Below are positions 16,735-24,000 of a stretch of DNA of 24,000 nt, in pieces (the first letter of the stretch is position 1; each line of letters opens with the position of its first letter). The notes below the pieces were generated by a model. The model was not told the DNA's origin, made no database searches, and worked only from the letters and a program-made list of their open reading frames with translations. The translations under genes and the position numbers were made by a program. This DNA is from Phormidium tenue FACHB-886 (GTDB lineage Bacteria > Cyanobacteriota > Cyanobacteriia > Elainellales > Elainellaceae), in the NCBI GenBank assembly GCA_014764505.1, contig JACXWX010000010.1:1-24000 (forward strand), written 5' to 3'.

Positions 16735-17994
16735 GTGGCACTTCCAAAATTCTTCTGTCTCTCCGGTCTCATCAGCGCCTGCCTGATCGCCACCCCCGCC
16801 GAAGCAGCCCGCCTACAATCCTGGAACTTCGACTCAACCCGCAATCAGCTGAATATTGTCACCGACGAATCTATCCAACCGATCGTCCAGATCATCGCCA
16901 ACCCAAGTCGTTTGGTCATCGACTTGCCCGGAACACGCTTTGGGCAGCCGCGCACCGAACAACAGCTTGGGCAACAAATTCGAGCCGTCCGAGTTGGACA
17001 ATTCAACGCCCATGCTACCCGGTTAGTAATCGAGCTAGCGCCAGGATATACCCTTGATCCAGACCAAGTGACTGTGCGCGGCGAGTCTACCAATCGCTGG
17101 GTCGTGGAGCTTGAAGTACAGCCAACTAGCGGCATCCAGCCGACAGAACCGCAGGCTGTTAACACAATTCCCGTCGCCGATCGCCGCTTCAGTGAAGCGA
17201 TCACCCTCAATCAGCCCTTTAACTGGCTACAGCAAAGAATATTTACTTTGGAATCTGAATACCCCGATTTAGATATCGGCATGTTCTTTCTGGATCTAGA
17301 AACGGGAAACTACTTAGATTTGGGTGGCGATCGGACTTTTCCCACCGCAAGTGTCATCAAGCTACCCATTTTGATCGCCTTTTTTCAGGACGTAGATGCC
17401 GGAAAAATCCGTTTAGATGAACGCTTGACCATGCGCTCAGATTTGGTTGCTTCTGGCTCGGGGGATCTGCAAGATCGTCCCGTGGGAACGCAGTTGACTG
17501 CGCTCGAAACTGCCACAAGAATGATCACGATCAGCGACAATACTGCCACAAATATGATCCTCGATCGCATGGGAGGCATACAGGTATTGAATCAGCGCTT
17601 CCGAAGTTGGGGGCTGCAAGACACTGTCATGAACGATATGCTGCCCGATCTCAGCGGCACCAACATCACAACCGCCAGAGATCTAGTCTATTTGCTAGGA
17701 CTGGTAAACCAAGGCAAACTGGTCTCATCCCAAAGCCAAACCCAGGCGATCGACATTCTCGGCCGCACCAGCACCCGGTCGCTCTTGCCTGCCGGCTTAG
17801 GAGCAGGCGCAACGATTGCCCACAAAACGGGTGATATTGGCTTTGCGATCGGCGATGCAGGCATCATTCAGATGCCAAACGGCAGGCAATATCTGGGAGC
17901 TGTCCTGCTAAAGCGTCCCTACAACGACCCCAGAGGCAGAGATTTTATTCGGCAAACTTCGCAGATCATCTACACGTATCTAAATCAGCTCTAA
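16735..17994 (+). CDS. AMIN domain + class A beta-lactamase-like serine hydrolase
   Basis: 419 aa from GTG; LQSWNFDSTRNQLNIVTDESIQPIVQIIANPSRLVIDLPGTRFG (AMIN); TASVIKLPIL (SxxK), ISDNTATNMIL (SDN), AHKTGDIGFAIGDAG (KTG). Confidence 0.85.
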   Translation: MALPKFFCLSGLISACLIATPAEAARLQSWNFDSTRNQLNIVTDESIQPIVQIIANPSRLVIDLPGTRFGQPRTEQQLGQQIRAVRVGQFNAHATRLVIELAPGYTLDPDQVTVRGESTNRWVVELEVQPTSGIQPTEPQAVNTIPVADRRFSEAITLNQPFNWLQQRIFTLESEYPDLDIGMFFLDLETGNYLDLGGDRTFPTASVIKLPILIAFFQDVDAGKIRLDERLTMRSDLVASGSGDLQDRPVGTQLTALETATRMITISDNTATNMILDRMGGIQVLNQRFRSWGLQDTVMNDMLPDLSGTNITTARDLVYLLGLVNQGKLVSSQSQTQAIDILGRTSTRSLLPAGLGAGATIAHKTGDIGFAIGDAGIIQMPNGRQYLGAVLLKRPYNDPRGRDFIRQTSQIIYTYLNQL

Positions 17995-18025
17995 TTCAAA
18001 CTTTATCTGGCGCTACGCACATACG

Positions 18026-18062
18026 TTTAGTGGAGGGTAGGCAAAGCCTACCCTCCACTAAA
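18026..18062. terminator. Perfect 17-bp hairpin between convergent genes (bidirectional terminator or palindromic repeat)
   Basis: TTTAGTGGAGGGTAGGC (18026-18042) AAA GCCTACCCTCCACTAAA (18046-18062). Confidence 0.75.
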
Positions 18063-18083
18063 GAAGGAACTTGCCTCGCTAAT

Positions 18084-19334
18084 CTAGCTCAGCGACTCCA
18101 AATAATCCCGCACTCGATTACGACGCTTGGGCTGGCGCAACTTTTGCAGCGCCTTTGCTTCAATTTGGCGGACTCGCTCACGCGACAGATCCAGCGCCCG
18201 ACCGATCTCTGCCAGCGAATAAGGCTGACCATCGCCCAAGCCAAAGCGCATCAGAATCACATCCCGTTCGCGGCTAGTCAGATCGGTGAGGAGCTGTTGT
18301 AGATCGCGGTGCAATGCTTCCCGCATCAACACTTCTTCTGGCGAGACATCTTCCGTTTCCAGCAGATCGCCCAATTCCGTGTCGCGCTCCTTGCCCACCT
18401 TTGTTTCCAGGGAAACTGCACGTGGCACTCGCAGCAGCACTTCCCGCACCTGCACAGGGGTCATGTCTAGCTCCACTGCCAGATCTTCGATCGTCGCCGT
18501 TCGCCCCTTCTCCTGTGAGATTTTGCGCTGCGCCTTCTTGATCTTGTTCAGCTTCTCGGTGATGTGAACAGGAAGGCGGATCGTACGGCTTTGCGTGGCG
18601 ATCGCTCTCGTAATCCCTTGGCGAATCCACCAGTATGCATAGGTGCTGAAGCGGTAGCCCTTAGTCGGGTCGAACTTTTCGACCGCCCGCTCTAGCCCCA
18701 GCGTTCCTTCCTGAATCAGGTCTAGCAGCTCCAGCCCTCGATTCTGGTATTTCTTCGCCACCGATACGACCAAACGCAGGTTCGCTTTGATCATGTGATC
18801 TTTGGCACGCGTTCCTTCCGTTTCGATCTGATCTAGCTCGGCAACGGTTAAGTTAGCCAGCTCTGCCCAGCGGCGCTTTCCGGCAGACAATGCAGGCTTC
18901 AGCTCTGCAACCGGAACTCCGGCGTCATGAGCCCAGCGCTCCCAAGAAGGGCGGTGTCCCAGGTTAGAAGCGAGGCGATCGTGGGTTTCGATCAGCTTGA
19001 CGAACTGCTGAATTTGGGCATCCATTTCAGCAGACTGAGTGCGCAGATCTACCAGGCGCATGTAGCGCTGAACGCTTTGAGCTTCAGAAACCTCTTCATC
19101 ACGTCCTAGCAGGCGAACCCGACCAATTTCCTGGAGGTATAGCCGCACGAGATCGGTGGTTCGTCGTCCAGCCGCTTTGCCAGGGGCGGTAAATTCTGCA
19201 TCCAAGTCTGCCATGTCGCGCTCGATGGCATCCTCATCCAGTTCTGCCCGATTCTCATCATTGCTGAACTGGAGGCTCACAACGTTGGAAGACTCATCGT
19301 ATTCGGCATCAGCGTAGAAGGGTTGTGCTGGCAT
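18084..19334 (-). CDS. sigC: Group 2 RNA polymerase sigma factor, SigC-like
   Basis: 416 aa; DLVRLYLQEIGRVRLL, ANLRLVVSVAKKYQNRGLELLDLIQEGTLGLERAVEKFDPTKGYRFSTYAYWWIRQGITRAI, LSREREVRQIEAKALQKLR-type region 4 (read here as LSRERVRQIEAKALQKLR). Group 2 and SigC subtype inferred from length and lack of a long acidic N-terminus. Confidence 0.9.
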   Translation of the reverse strand: MPAQPFYADAEYDESSNVVSLQFSNDENRAELDEDAIERDMADLDAEFTAPGKAAGRRTTDLVRLYLQEIGRVRLLGRDEEVSEAQSVQRYMRLVDLRTQSAEMDAQIQQFVKLIETHDRLASNLGHRPSWERWAHDAGVPVAELKPALSAGKRRWAELANLTVAELDQIETEGTRAKDHMIKANLRLVVSVAKKYQNRGLELLDLIQEGTLGLERAVEKFDPTKGYRFSTYAYWWIRQGITRAIATQSRTIRLPVHITEKLNKIKKAQRKISQEKGRTATIEDLAVELDMTPVQVREVLLRVPRAVSLETKVGKERDTELGDLLETEDVSPEEVLMREALHRDLQQLLTDLTSRERDVILMRFGLGDGQPYSLAEIGRALDLSRERVRQIEAKALQKLRQPKRRNRVRDYLESLS

Positions 19335-19893
19335 AGTACTTGCTCTATTGCTCCAGGTAACAAAGGGGGCTTTATCGACTTACCGCTAGTGTTCCCGTAA
19401 TCAGGAATCAATTCACTTCAGACTCACAAAAGTCGCCTAAAGTTCCGCCCAGAAGCCCACGCAGAAGGTAGGAAATAGGCGATCGCTTCGTCAAGCACAA
19501 GGCTTGCAACAGCGGCAGCTAGCGAGTCAAAACAGATCTAAAAACTCAAACAGGGAAGCACAACAGGAAATCTACAGCGAGTTGACTCAGGTCAACATAT
19601 ATTCTCTACATCTCTTGTATCGTCAATTCCTGAGCGGCTCTTTGAATTCTTGGTAGGGTCCGCATCAAGATGAAGTGAAGATCAGTAAAGATCAGAGAAT
19701 TGCCGAGTGGCGATAAACACTTATAGGGATCTATCTCTCAAACGCATAGAGATTATGCAATTGTGAAAACTTGCTTCCGCAACGTTTCCAGCCAATCATT
19801 TATACTTCACAAAGCGCAAAGTATGATCAGCAGAAATTGATCCCTTCATTTAAGACGTTCACCCAACGAAAGATGTTTCGGGATAATAAGGGG

Positions 19894-20766
19894 ATGAAGA
19901 AAATTCTGAAACTTCTTGCTTGGTCACTGGGGTTGCTGCTTTGGGCAGTTCCGGCGATCGCCCAAGCGCCAGATCCCTCTCCTTGGCGCTCATCTACCGG
20001 GGCTGTACTGGCTTCAGAAACCGTGTTAGCCGACTTGGCGCAGTCCTCCGTTGTTTACCTAGGCGAAACTCACGATCGCGCCGAAGACCACAAAGTGCAA
20101 CTGCAGACCATACAGGCGCTATCGCAGGTGCGGCCACAGGCAGCGATCGGGATGGAGATGTTTCAGCGCCCGTTTCAACCTGCGTTGGATCAGTACTTGG
20201 CTGGTGAAATTAGTGAAACAGAACTGCGGCAGCAGAGCCAATACGACCAGCGCTGGGGCTTTCCGTGGGAGTATTATTCCCCTATTTTGCAGTTTGCCAA
20301 AGCCAACCAGCTCCCCGTGCTAGCACTCAACACCCCCACCGAAATCACACGTCGTGTTGCACAGGTGGGACTGGAAGGACTCACTGCTGCCGAGCGCGAA
20401 CAGATTCCGCCCGCCTCTGAAATTGACCTGAGCAATGCTGCTTATCAACAGCGCGTTCAGGCAGTGTACGAACAGATCCACCAGGGGCACAGCGTCAGCA
20501 ACGGCTTTGAGAACTTCTTTATGGCACAAGTGCTATGGGATGAAACGATGGCAGAGACGATCGCCAACTTCCTCAAAGCCAACCCAGCCGATCCAGTGAT
20601 CGTTTTAGTGGGGCAAGGACATCTCTTTTATGGCGACGGCATCCCCAGCCGCGTAGCACGACGACTGCCAAAAGGCTTGCAGCAGCGATCGGTATTACTA
20701 AACCCTGAGGCAGCCACAGATGAATGGGATGAGCCGATCGCAGATTATCTGTATGAGTCGCAGTGA
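19894..20766 (+). CDS. ChaN-like (DUF399/haem-binding uptake type) protein with signal peptide
   Basis: ORF track starts 19771 with TTG; ATG at 19894 gives MKKILKLLAWSLGLLLWAVPAIAQA. Motifs VVYLGETHDRAEDHKVQLQ, IGMEMFQRPFQPALDQYLAG and PVIVLVGQGHLFYGDGIPSRV. Confidence 0.85.
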   Translation: MKKILKLLAWSLGLLLWAVPAIAQAPDPSPWRSSTGAVLASETVLADLAQSSVVYLGETHDRAEDHKVQLQTIQALSQVRPQAAIGMEMFQRPFQPALDQYLAGEISETELRQQSQYDQRWGFPWEYYSPILQFAKANQLPVLALNTPTEITRRVAQVGLEGLTAAEREQIPPASEIDLSNAAYQQRVQAVYEQIHQGHSVSNGFENFFMAQVLWDETMAETIANFLKANPADPVIVLVGQGHLFYGDGIPSRVARRLPKGLQQRSVLLNPEAATDEWDEPIADYLYESQ

Positions 20767-20770
20767 GGCT

Positions 20771-22027
20771 ATGTCAAGAAATTGGAACATTAAAGGGCTG
20801 GTTGCTTTTATCCTGAGTTTATGCCTGCTGTCTGGTTGTCAGCCCTCCCCGATCGATCCCGTGGTGCATCTCACTCTTTGGCATGGAGTCAACCCGCCGC
20901 CCAACCGCGACGTCCTGCAGAGATTAGTTGATGTTTTCAATCAACGCCATCCAGAGATTCAAGTAGAGTCGCTGTATGTCGGGCAGGGCGATCAGCAAAT
21001 TCCCAAAATTTTGGCGGCTGTTGTGGGAAACGTCCCGCCGCACTTGCTCTGGTATGCACCCATGATCACAGGTCAGCTCATAGAGCTGGACGCAATCCAG
21101 CCGTTAGAAGACTGGCTAAATGCTAGCCCCCTCCAAGACAACCTCGATCCAACGCTGCAAGAAGCGATCTCCTGGGAAGGGCACACCTGGGCAATTCCAT
21201 TCGATGTCAACAACTTAGGAATTTTTTATCGTCCAAGTTTATTTAAGGCAGCTGGTATTACCGAAATTCCTCAAACCTGGGATCAACTGCGGCAGGTTGC
21301 CAAACGGCTGACGATTCCAGCAAAAAATCAGCATGGGATGCTGTTGCCACTGGGAAAAGGCGAGTGGACAGTCTTCACCTGGCTACCGTTTTTATGGAGC
21401 GGCGGTGGCGAGCTGACAGCCGGATCAGCAATCCAGCTCGCTAATCCTGGTGCAATCACCGCCCTCCAGCTCTGGCAAGACCTGATTGCCGATGGCTCAG
21501 CAGTTTTATCGCAGCCCGAACGGGGCTATGAGCTAGATAGCTTTTTGGCGGGCAAAGTGGCAATGCAGCTAACAGGAGCCTGGACGCTGGGGCAACTGCA
21601 GCAAACCGGCGTTGATTTTGCCGTTATGCCGATTCCCACGGGAGCCAGACGCGCAACCAGTATTGGCGGTGAAAATCTATTCATCTTCAAGACCACACCG
21701 CAGGCAGAACAAGCCGCCAGAGTCTTTGCTGAATATGTTCTCAGCGAAGAGTTTCAGACTAAATGGGCGATCGGCACAGGCTATTTACCCGTGAACCTGA
21801 AAGCCCGCCAAAATCCTGCCTACCAGAACTTCGTTGCCCAGCAGCCCGCCCTCAAGGTCTTCCTTAAGCAAGCTCCCTATGGGCGATCGCGCCCCATCTT
21901 TCCGAACTACAACCGCCTTTCAGACAGCTTAGGGCGGGCGATTGAATCTGTTCTGCTGCAGAAAGCAACCCCAGAAGCCGCACTGAAAGCTGCCCAAGAT
22001 CGATTGGAGCTAGTTTTAGGGAAATAG
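20771..22027 (+). CDS. ABC-type sugar transport solute-binding lipoprotein (family 1)
   Basis: ATG at 20771; lipobox-like LCLLSGC; VHLTLWHGVNPPPNRDVLQRLVDVFNQRHPEIQVE, WAIPFDVNNLGIFYRPSLFKAAGI, GGENLFIFKTTPQAEQAARVFAEYVLSEEFQTKWAIGTGYLPV. Confidence 0.88.
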   Translation: MSRNWNIKGLVAFILSLCLLSGCQPSPIDPVVHLTLWHGVNPPPNRDVLQRLVDVFNQRHPEIQVESLYVGQGDQQIPKILAAVVGNVPPHLLWYAPMITGQLIELDAIQPLEDWLNASPLQDNLDPTLQEAISWEGHTWAIPFDVNNLGIFYRPSLFKAAGITEIPQTWDQLRQVAKRLTIPAKNQHGMLLPLGKGEWTVFTWLPFLWSGGGELTAGSAIQLANPGAITALQLWQDLIADGSAVLSQPERGYELDSFLAGKVAMQLTGAWTLGQLQQTGVDFAVMPIPTGARRATSIGGENLFIFKTTPQAEQAARVFAEYVLSEEFQTKWAIGTGYLPVNLKARQNPAYQNFVAQQPALKVFLKQAPYGRSRPIFPNYNRLSDSLGRAIESVLLQKATPEAALKAAQDRLELVLGK

Positions 22028-22039
22028 GGTTTAGAGTCC

Positions 22040-23089
22040 CTACAGTTTAGCTGCATAAAGCGCAGCACCGATCAGCCCGACCTTTTGATTAAGGATGACA
22101 TGGACAGGAATACGTTCCATCAAAGGGCGCATCCGTCCTTTGTCAGTCATGGCGTGGAGAAAAATTCCTGACTCCAACAGCGGTAAATTCTTAGCGGCAA
22201 CCCCACCTGCAATATAAAGTCCGCCATAGGGCAAGAGCTTGAGCGCAAGATTTCCGGCTTCAGCACCGTAAAGCTCCACAAACGTTTCCATCGTCTTTTT
22301 GCAGAGGGGATCGCTACTCTCGGCAGCAGCGGTCGCAATCACTGCTGCTGGATCAACTGACTTTTCGGACAGTCCAGCTTCTCGCTCCCAGGTCCGGATT
22401 GCCTCAGCAACAGCAGGTGTCTCGCTGGCAATTTGACGATCGCGTAGAAACTGATAAATCGCCGCGATCCCCATTCCCGACACCACCCGCTCGACTGAGA
22501 CCCGAGTCAGGGTCATTTTGTCGCGCAGGTACTTGAGCAACTGGAACTCTAGCTCATTGCGTGGGGCAAAGTCGGTATGTCCACCCTCGGTGCCATAGAC
22601 ACGATAGCTACCCCCCTCACGGATCAAAAAACCTTGCCCTAAGCCTGTTCCAGCGCCGATTACCGCGATCGGTGCATCTGCCTGCGGTTCACCTATCTGC
22701 AGCGTACGGATATCTGTGGCATCCAGCCCAGCAATTCCATAGCCTACAGCCGCAAAATCATTTAGCAGGCTAACTTTGGTGAGGTTGAGATCGTGCTGTA
22801 GCTCAGCCCCATCCAGCAGCCAGGAGAGATTCGTGAGGTGGCAGGTGTTGTTGACTACAGGACCAGCGATCGAAAAGCAGCCCTTCTGCGGGGTAGGCGT
22901 TTGCTCTAGCTCAGCAGTTGCCTCTCGAAGAAACCGCTGTACCATTGGCGTAAGGCTAGAAAACTCAGCGCTAACGTAGCGCTCTTCATAGAGCGTCTTC
23001 AGCTTCACGTCCTTCTCTGTAGGCTGAGCCTCTACCAATCGCAAGATAGTTTTTGTGCCGCCCGTATCGCCTGCCAAGAGTTGCATCAT
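22040..23089 (-). CDS. glk: Glucokinase (Glk family)
   Basis: 349 aa; LLAGDTGGTKTILRL, ISIAGPV-type CFSIAGPVVNNTCHLTNLSWLLD, LLNDFAAVGYGI, IGAGTGLGQGFLI, TEGGHTDFAPRNELEFQLLKYL, GGLYIAGGVAAK. Confidence 0.92.
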   Translation of the reverse strand: MMQLLAGDTGGTKTILRLVEAQPTEKDVKLKTLYEERYVSAEFSSLTPMVQRFLREATAELEQTPTPQKGCFSIAGPVVNNTCHLTNLSWLLDGAELQHDLNLTKVSLLNDFAAVGYGIAGLDATDIRTLQIGEPQADAPIAVIGAGTGLGQGFLIREGGSYRVYGTEGGHTDFAPRNELEFQLLKYLRDKMTLTRVSVERVVSGMGIAAIYQFLRDRQIASETPAVAEAIRTWEREAGLSEKSVDPAAVIATAAAESSDPLCKKTMETFVELYGAEAGNLALKLLPYGGLYIAGGVAAKNLPLLESGIFLHAMTDKGRMRPLMERIPVHVILNQKVGLIGAALYAAKL

Positions 23090-23386
23090 TGTCTCAAACC
23101 GCCTCCACTCGTCTTTTGCATCTAGATGCGTGTTGCTTTTTAGTTTTGGAGCTTTTGGGGGATAGCTTTGCCGTCCTCCAAAAAATTAACATGCTCTCTT
23201 CATGGTCGCTTGTTGCTAAGTTTAGGTCGAGTGCAGAAGTGAGTATTTTTGCGCTTATCTCTGCTTCGATAGTTGCAATCGCAAGCCTCCTTAGTAAGAA
23301 AACCCAACGCAAAACCGACTAGAATGAGCATTGATATTGGGTTCCACTTAGTTCAACAAGTTTAACCCCCTAAACAACCCACAAAC

Positions 23387-24000
23387 ATGATGTCTTTTGC
23401 CGCTGCGATTGCTCCACTCCAGAAGGGGCTGATCGTTTCTTGTCAAGCCCCGATCGAGTCACCGCTGCACGAACCTAGCGTGATTGCTGCAATCGCCCAA
23501 GCTGCTGTTAATCAAGGTGCGGTGGGAGTGCGAATTGATACGCCTGCCCACGTCAGAGCTGTTCGAGCACAGGTGGATGTGCCCATTATTGGACTCTGGA
23601 AGCAGCAGATTCCAGACTTTGAGGTTTATATTACACCGCAGCTGAAACATGCAGAAGCGATCGCCTCTGCCGGAGCCGATGTCATTGCAATTGATGCAAC
23701 GCTGCGGCAGCGACCGGGTGGCGAAACTATGGCAACGCTGATTACCCAAATTCATCAGGAATTGAGCAAGCCCGTGATGGCAGATGTGGATACGCTGGAA
23801 GCAGGCATCGCCGCTGCCCAAGCCGGCGCCGATTTAGTCGGCACGACCCTGTATGGCTACACGACAGAAACCCGCGATTGCCTTCCTCCCGGGTTTGAAC
23901 TGCTGGCGCAGTTGGTCGATCGCCTGTCGGTTCCAGTTATTTGTGAAGGGGGAGTAGCTTCACCGCAGATGGCAAAGCAGGCGTTGAAACTGGGAGCCTA
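23387..24000 (+). CDS. nanE: Putative N-acetylmannosamine-6-phosphate 2-epimerase (NanE-like), runs off the window
   Basis: Not in ORF track because it is open at the right edge. Translation: MMSFAAAIAPLQKGLIVSCQAPIESPLHEPSVIAAIAQAAVNQGAVGVRIDTPAHVRAVRAQVDVPIIGLWKQ...PVMADVDTLEAGIAAAQAGADLVGTTLYGYT...VICEGGVASPQMAKQALKLGA. Confidence 0.88.
   Translation, partial: MMSFAAAIAPLQKGLIVSCQAPIESPLHEPSVIAAIAQAAVNQGAVGVRIDTPAHVRAVRAQVDVPIIGLWKQQIPDFEVYITPQLKHAEAIASAGADVIAIDATLRQRPGGETMATLITQIHQELSKPVMADVDTLEAGIAAAQAGADLVGTTLYGYTTETRDCLPPGFELLAQLVDRLSVPVICEGGVASPQMAKQALKLGA

Noticed and set aside
16638-17057. Plus-strand 139-aa ORF overlapping the AMIN/hydrolase gene
   Set aside because: Overlaps the N-terminal AMIN coding region in another frame; the 419-aa ORF has the recognisable motifs.
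16735-17994. Antibiotic-resistance beta-lactamase
   Set aside because: AMIN fusion and an apparently absent omega-loop Glu make a cell-wall role more plausible; no resistance context nearby.
18274-18630. Minus-strand 118-aa ORF in the sigma factor gene
   Set aside because: Out-of-frame reading inside a strongly conserved sigma factor gene.
23053-23322. Opposing short ORFs 23053..23322 (+) and 23094..23312 (-) between glk and the NanE-like gene
   Set aside because: Mutually antisense and without family signatures. The minus ORF is positioned operon-like, 4 nt before glk, so it is unresolved, but evidence is too weak to annotate.
1-24000. Dedicated defence, secretion or biosynthetic system
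   Set aside because: No restriction, toxin-antitoxin pair, reverse transcriptase, nuclease, NRPS/PKS or secretion gene set could be recognised; most genes are housekeeping or common cyanobacterial families.

Overview
This window looks like an ordinary cyanobacterial chromosome segment. Supporting signs are repeated HIP1 octamers (GCGATCGC), a cyanobacterial-type group 2 sigma factor, a DUF3122-like protein, a DUF1350-like protein and an AMIN-domain serine hydrolase. Supported genes, left to right: an IS1-type transposase N-terminal fragment running off the left edge, low-specificity threonine aldolase, DUF3122-like protein, YbjQ-family protein, TPR protein, AI-2E-family permease, two hypotheticals, DUF1350-like protein, CysQ/inositol monophosphatase-family phosphatase, TPR/Pro-rich/M48-like membrane protein, small ribbon-helix-helix-like protein, two small hypotheticals, accD, PPC-repeat protein with an L,D-transpeptidase-like C-terminus, AMIN + class A beta-lactamase-like protein, SigC-like sigma factor, ChaN-like protein, sugar-type ABC solute-binding lipoprotein, glucokinase and a NanE-like epimerase running off the right edge. 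I found no CRISPR array, no convincing defence system and no RNA gene I could defend. The best leads are: (1) an intergenic 84-bp tandem repeat pair (1513-1680) with 17 of 18 differences being transitions; (2) an M48-like protein whose HExxH reads AELGH and whose downstream Glu ligand also appears lost, suggesting a pseudoprotease; (3) a PPC/GGSS-linker/transpeptidase-like protein with no obvious signal peptide; (4) an AMIN-fused beta-lactamase-like protein that appears to lack the omega-loop Glu; (5) 17-22 bp spaced direct repeats and long perfect hairpins in several intergenic gaps. All domain calls come from reading sequence motifs, not from database searches.
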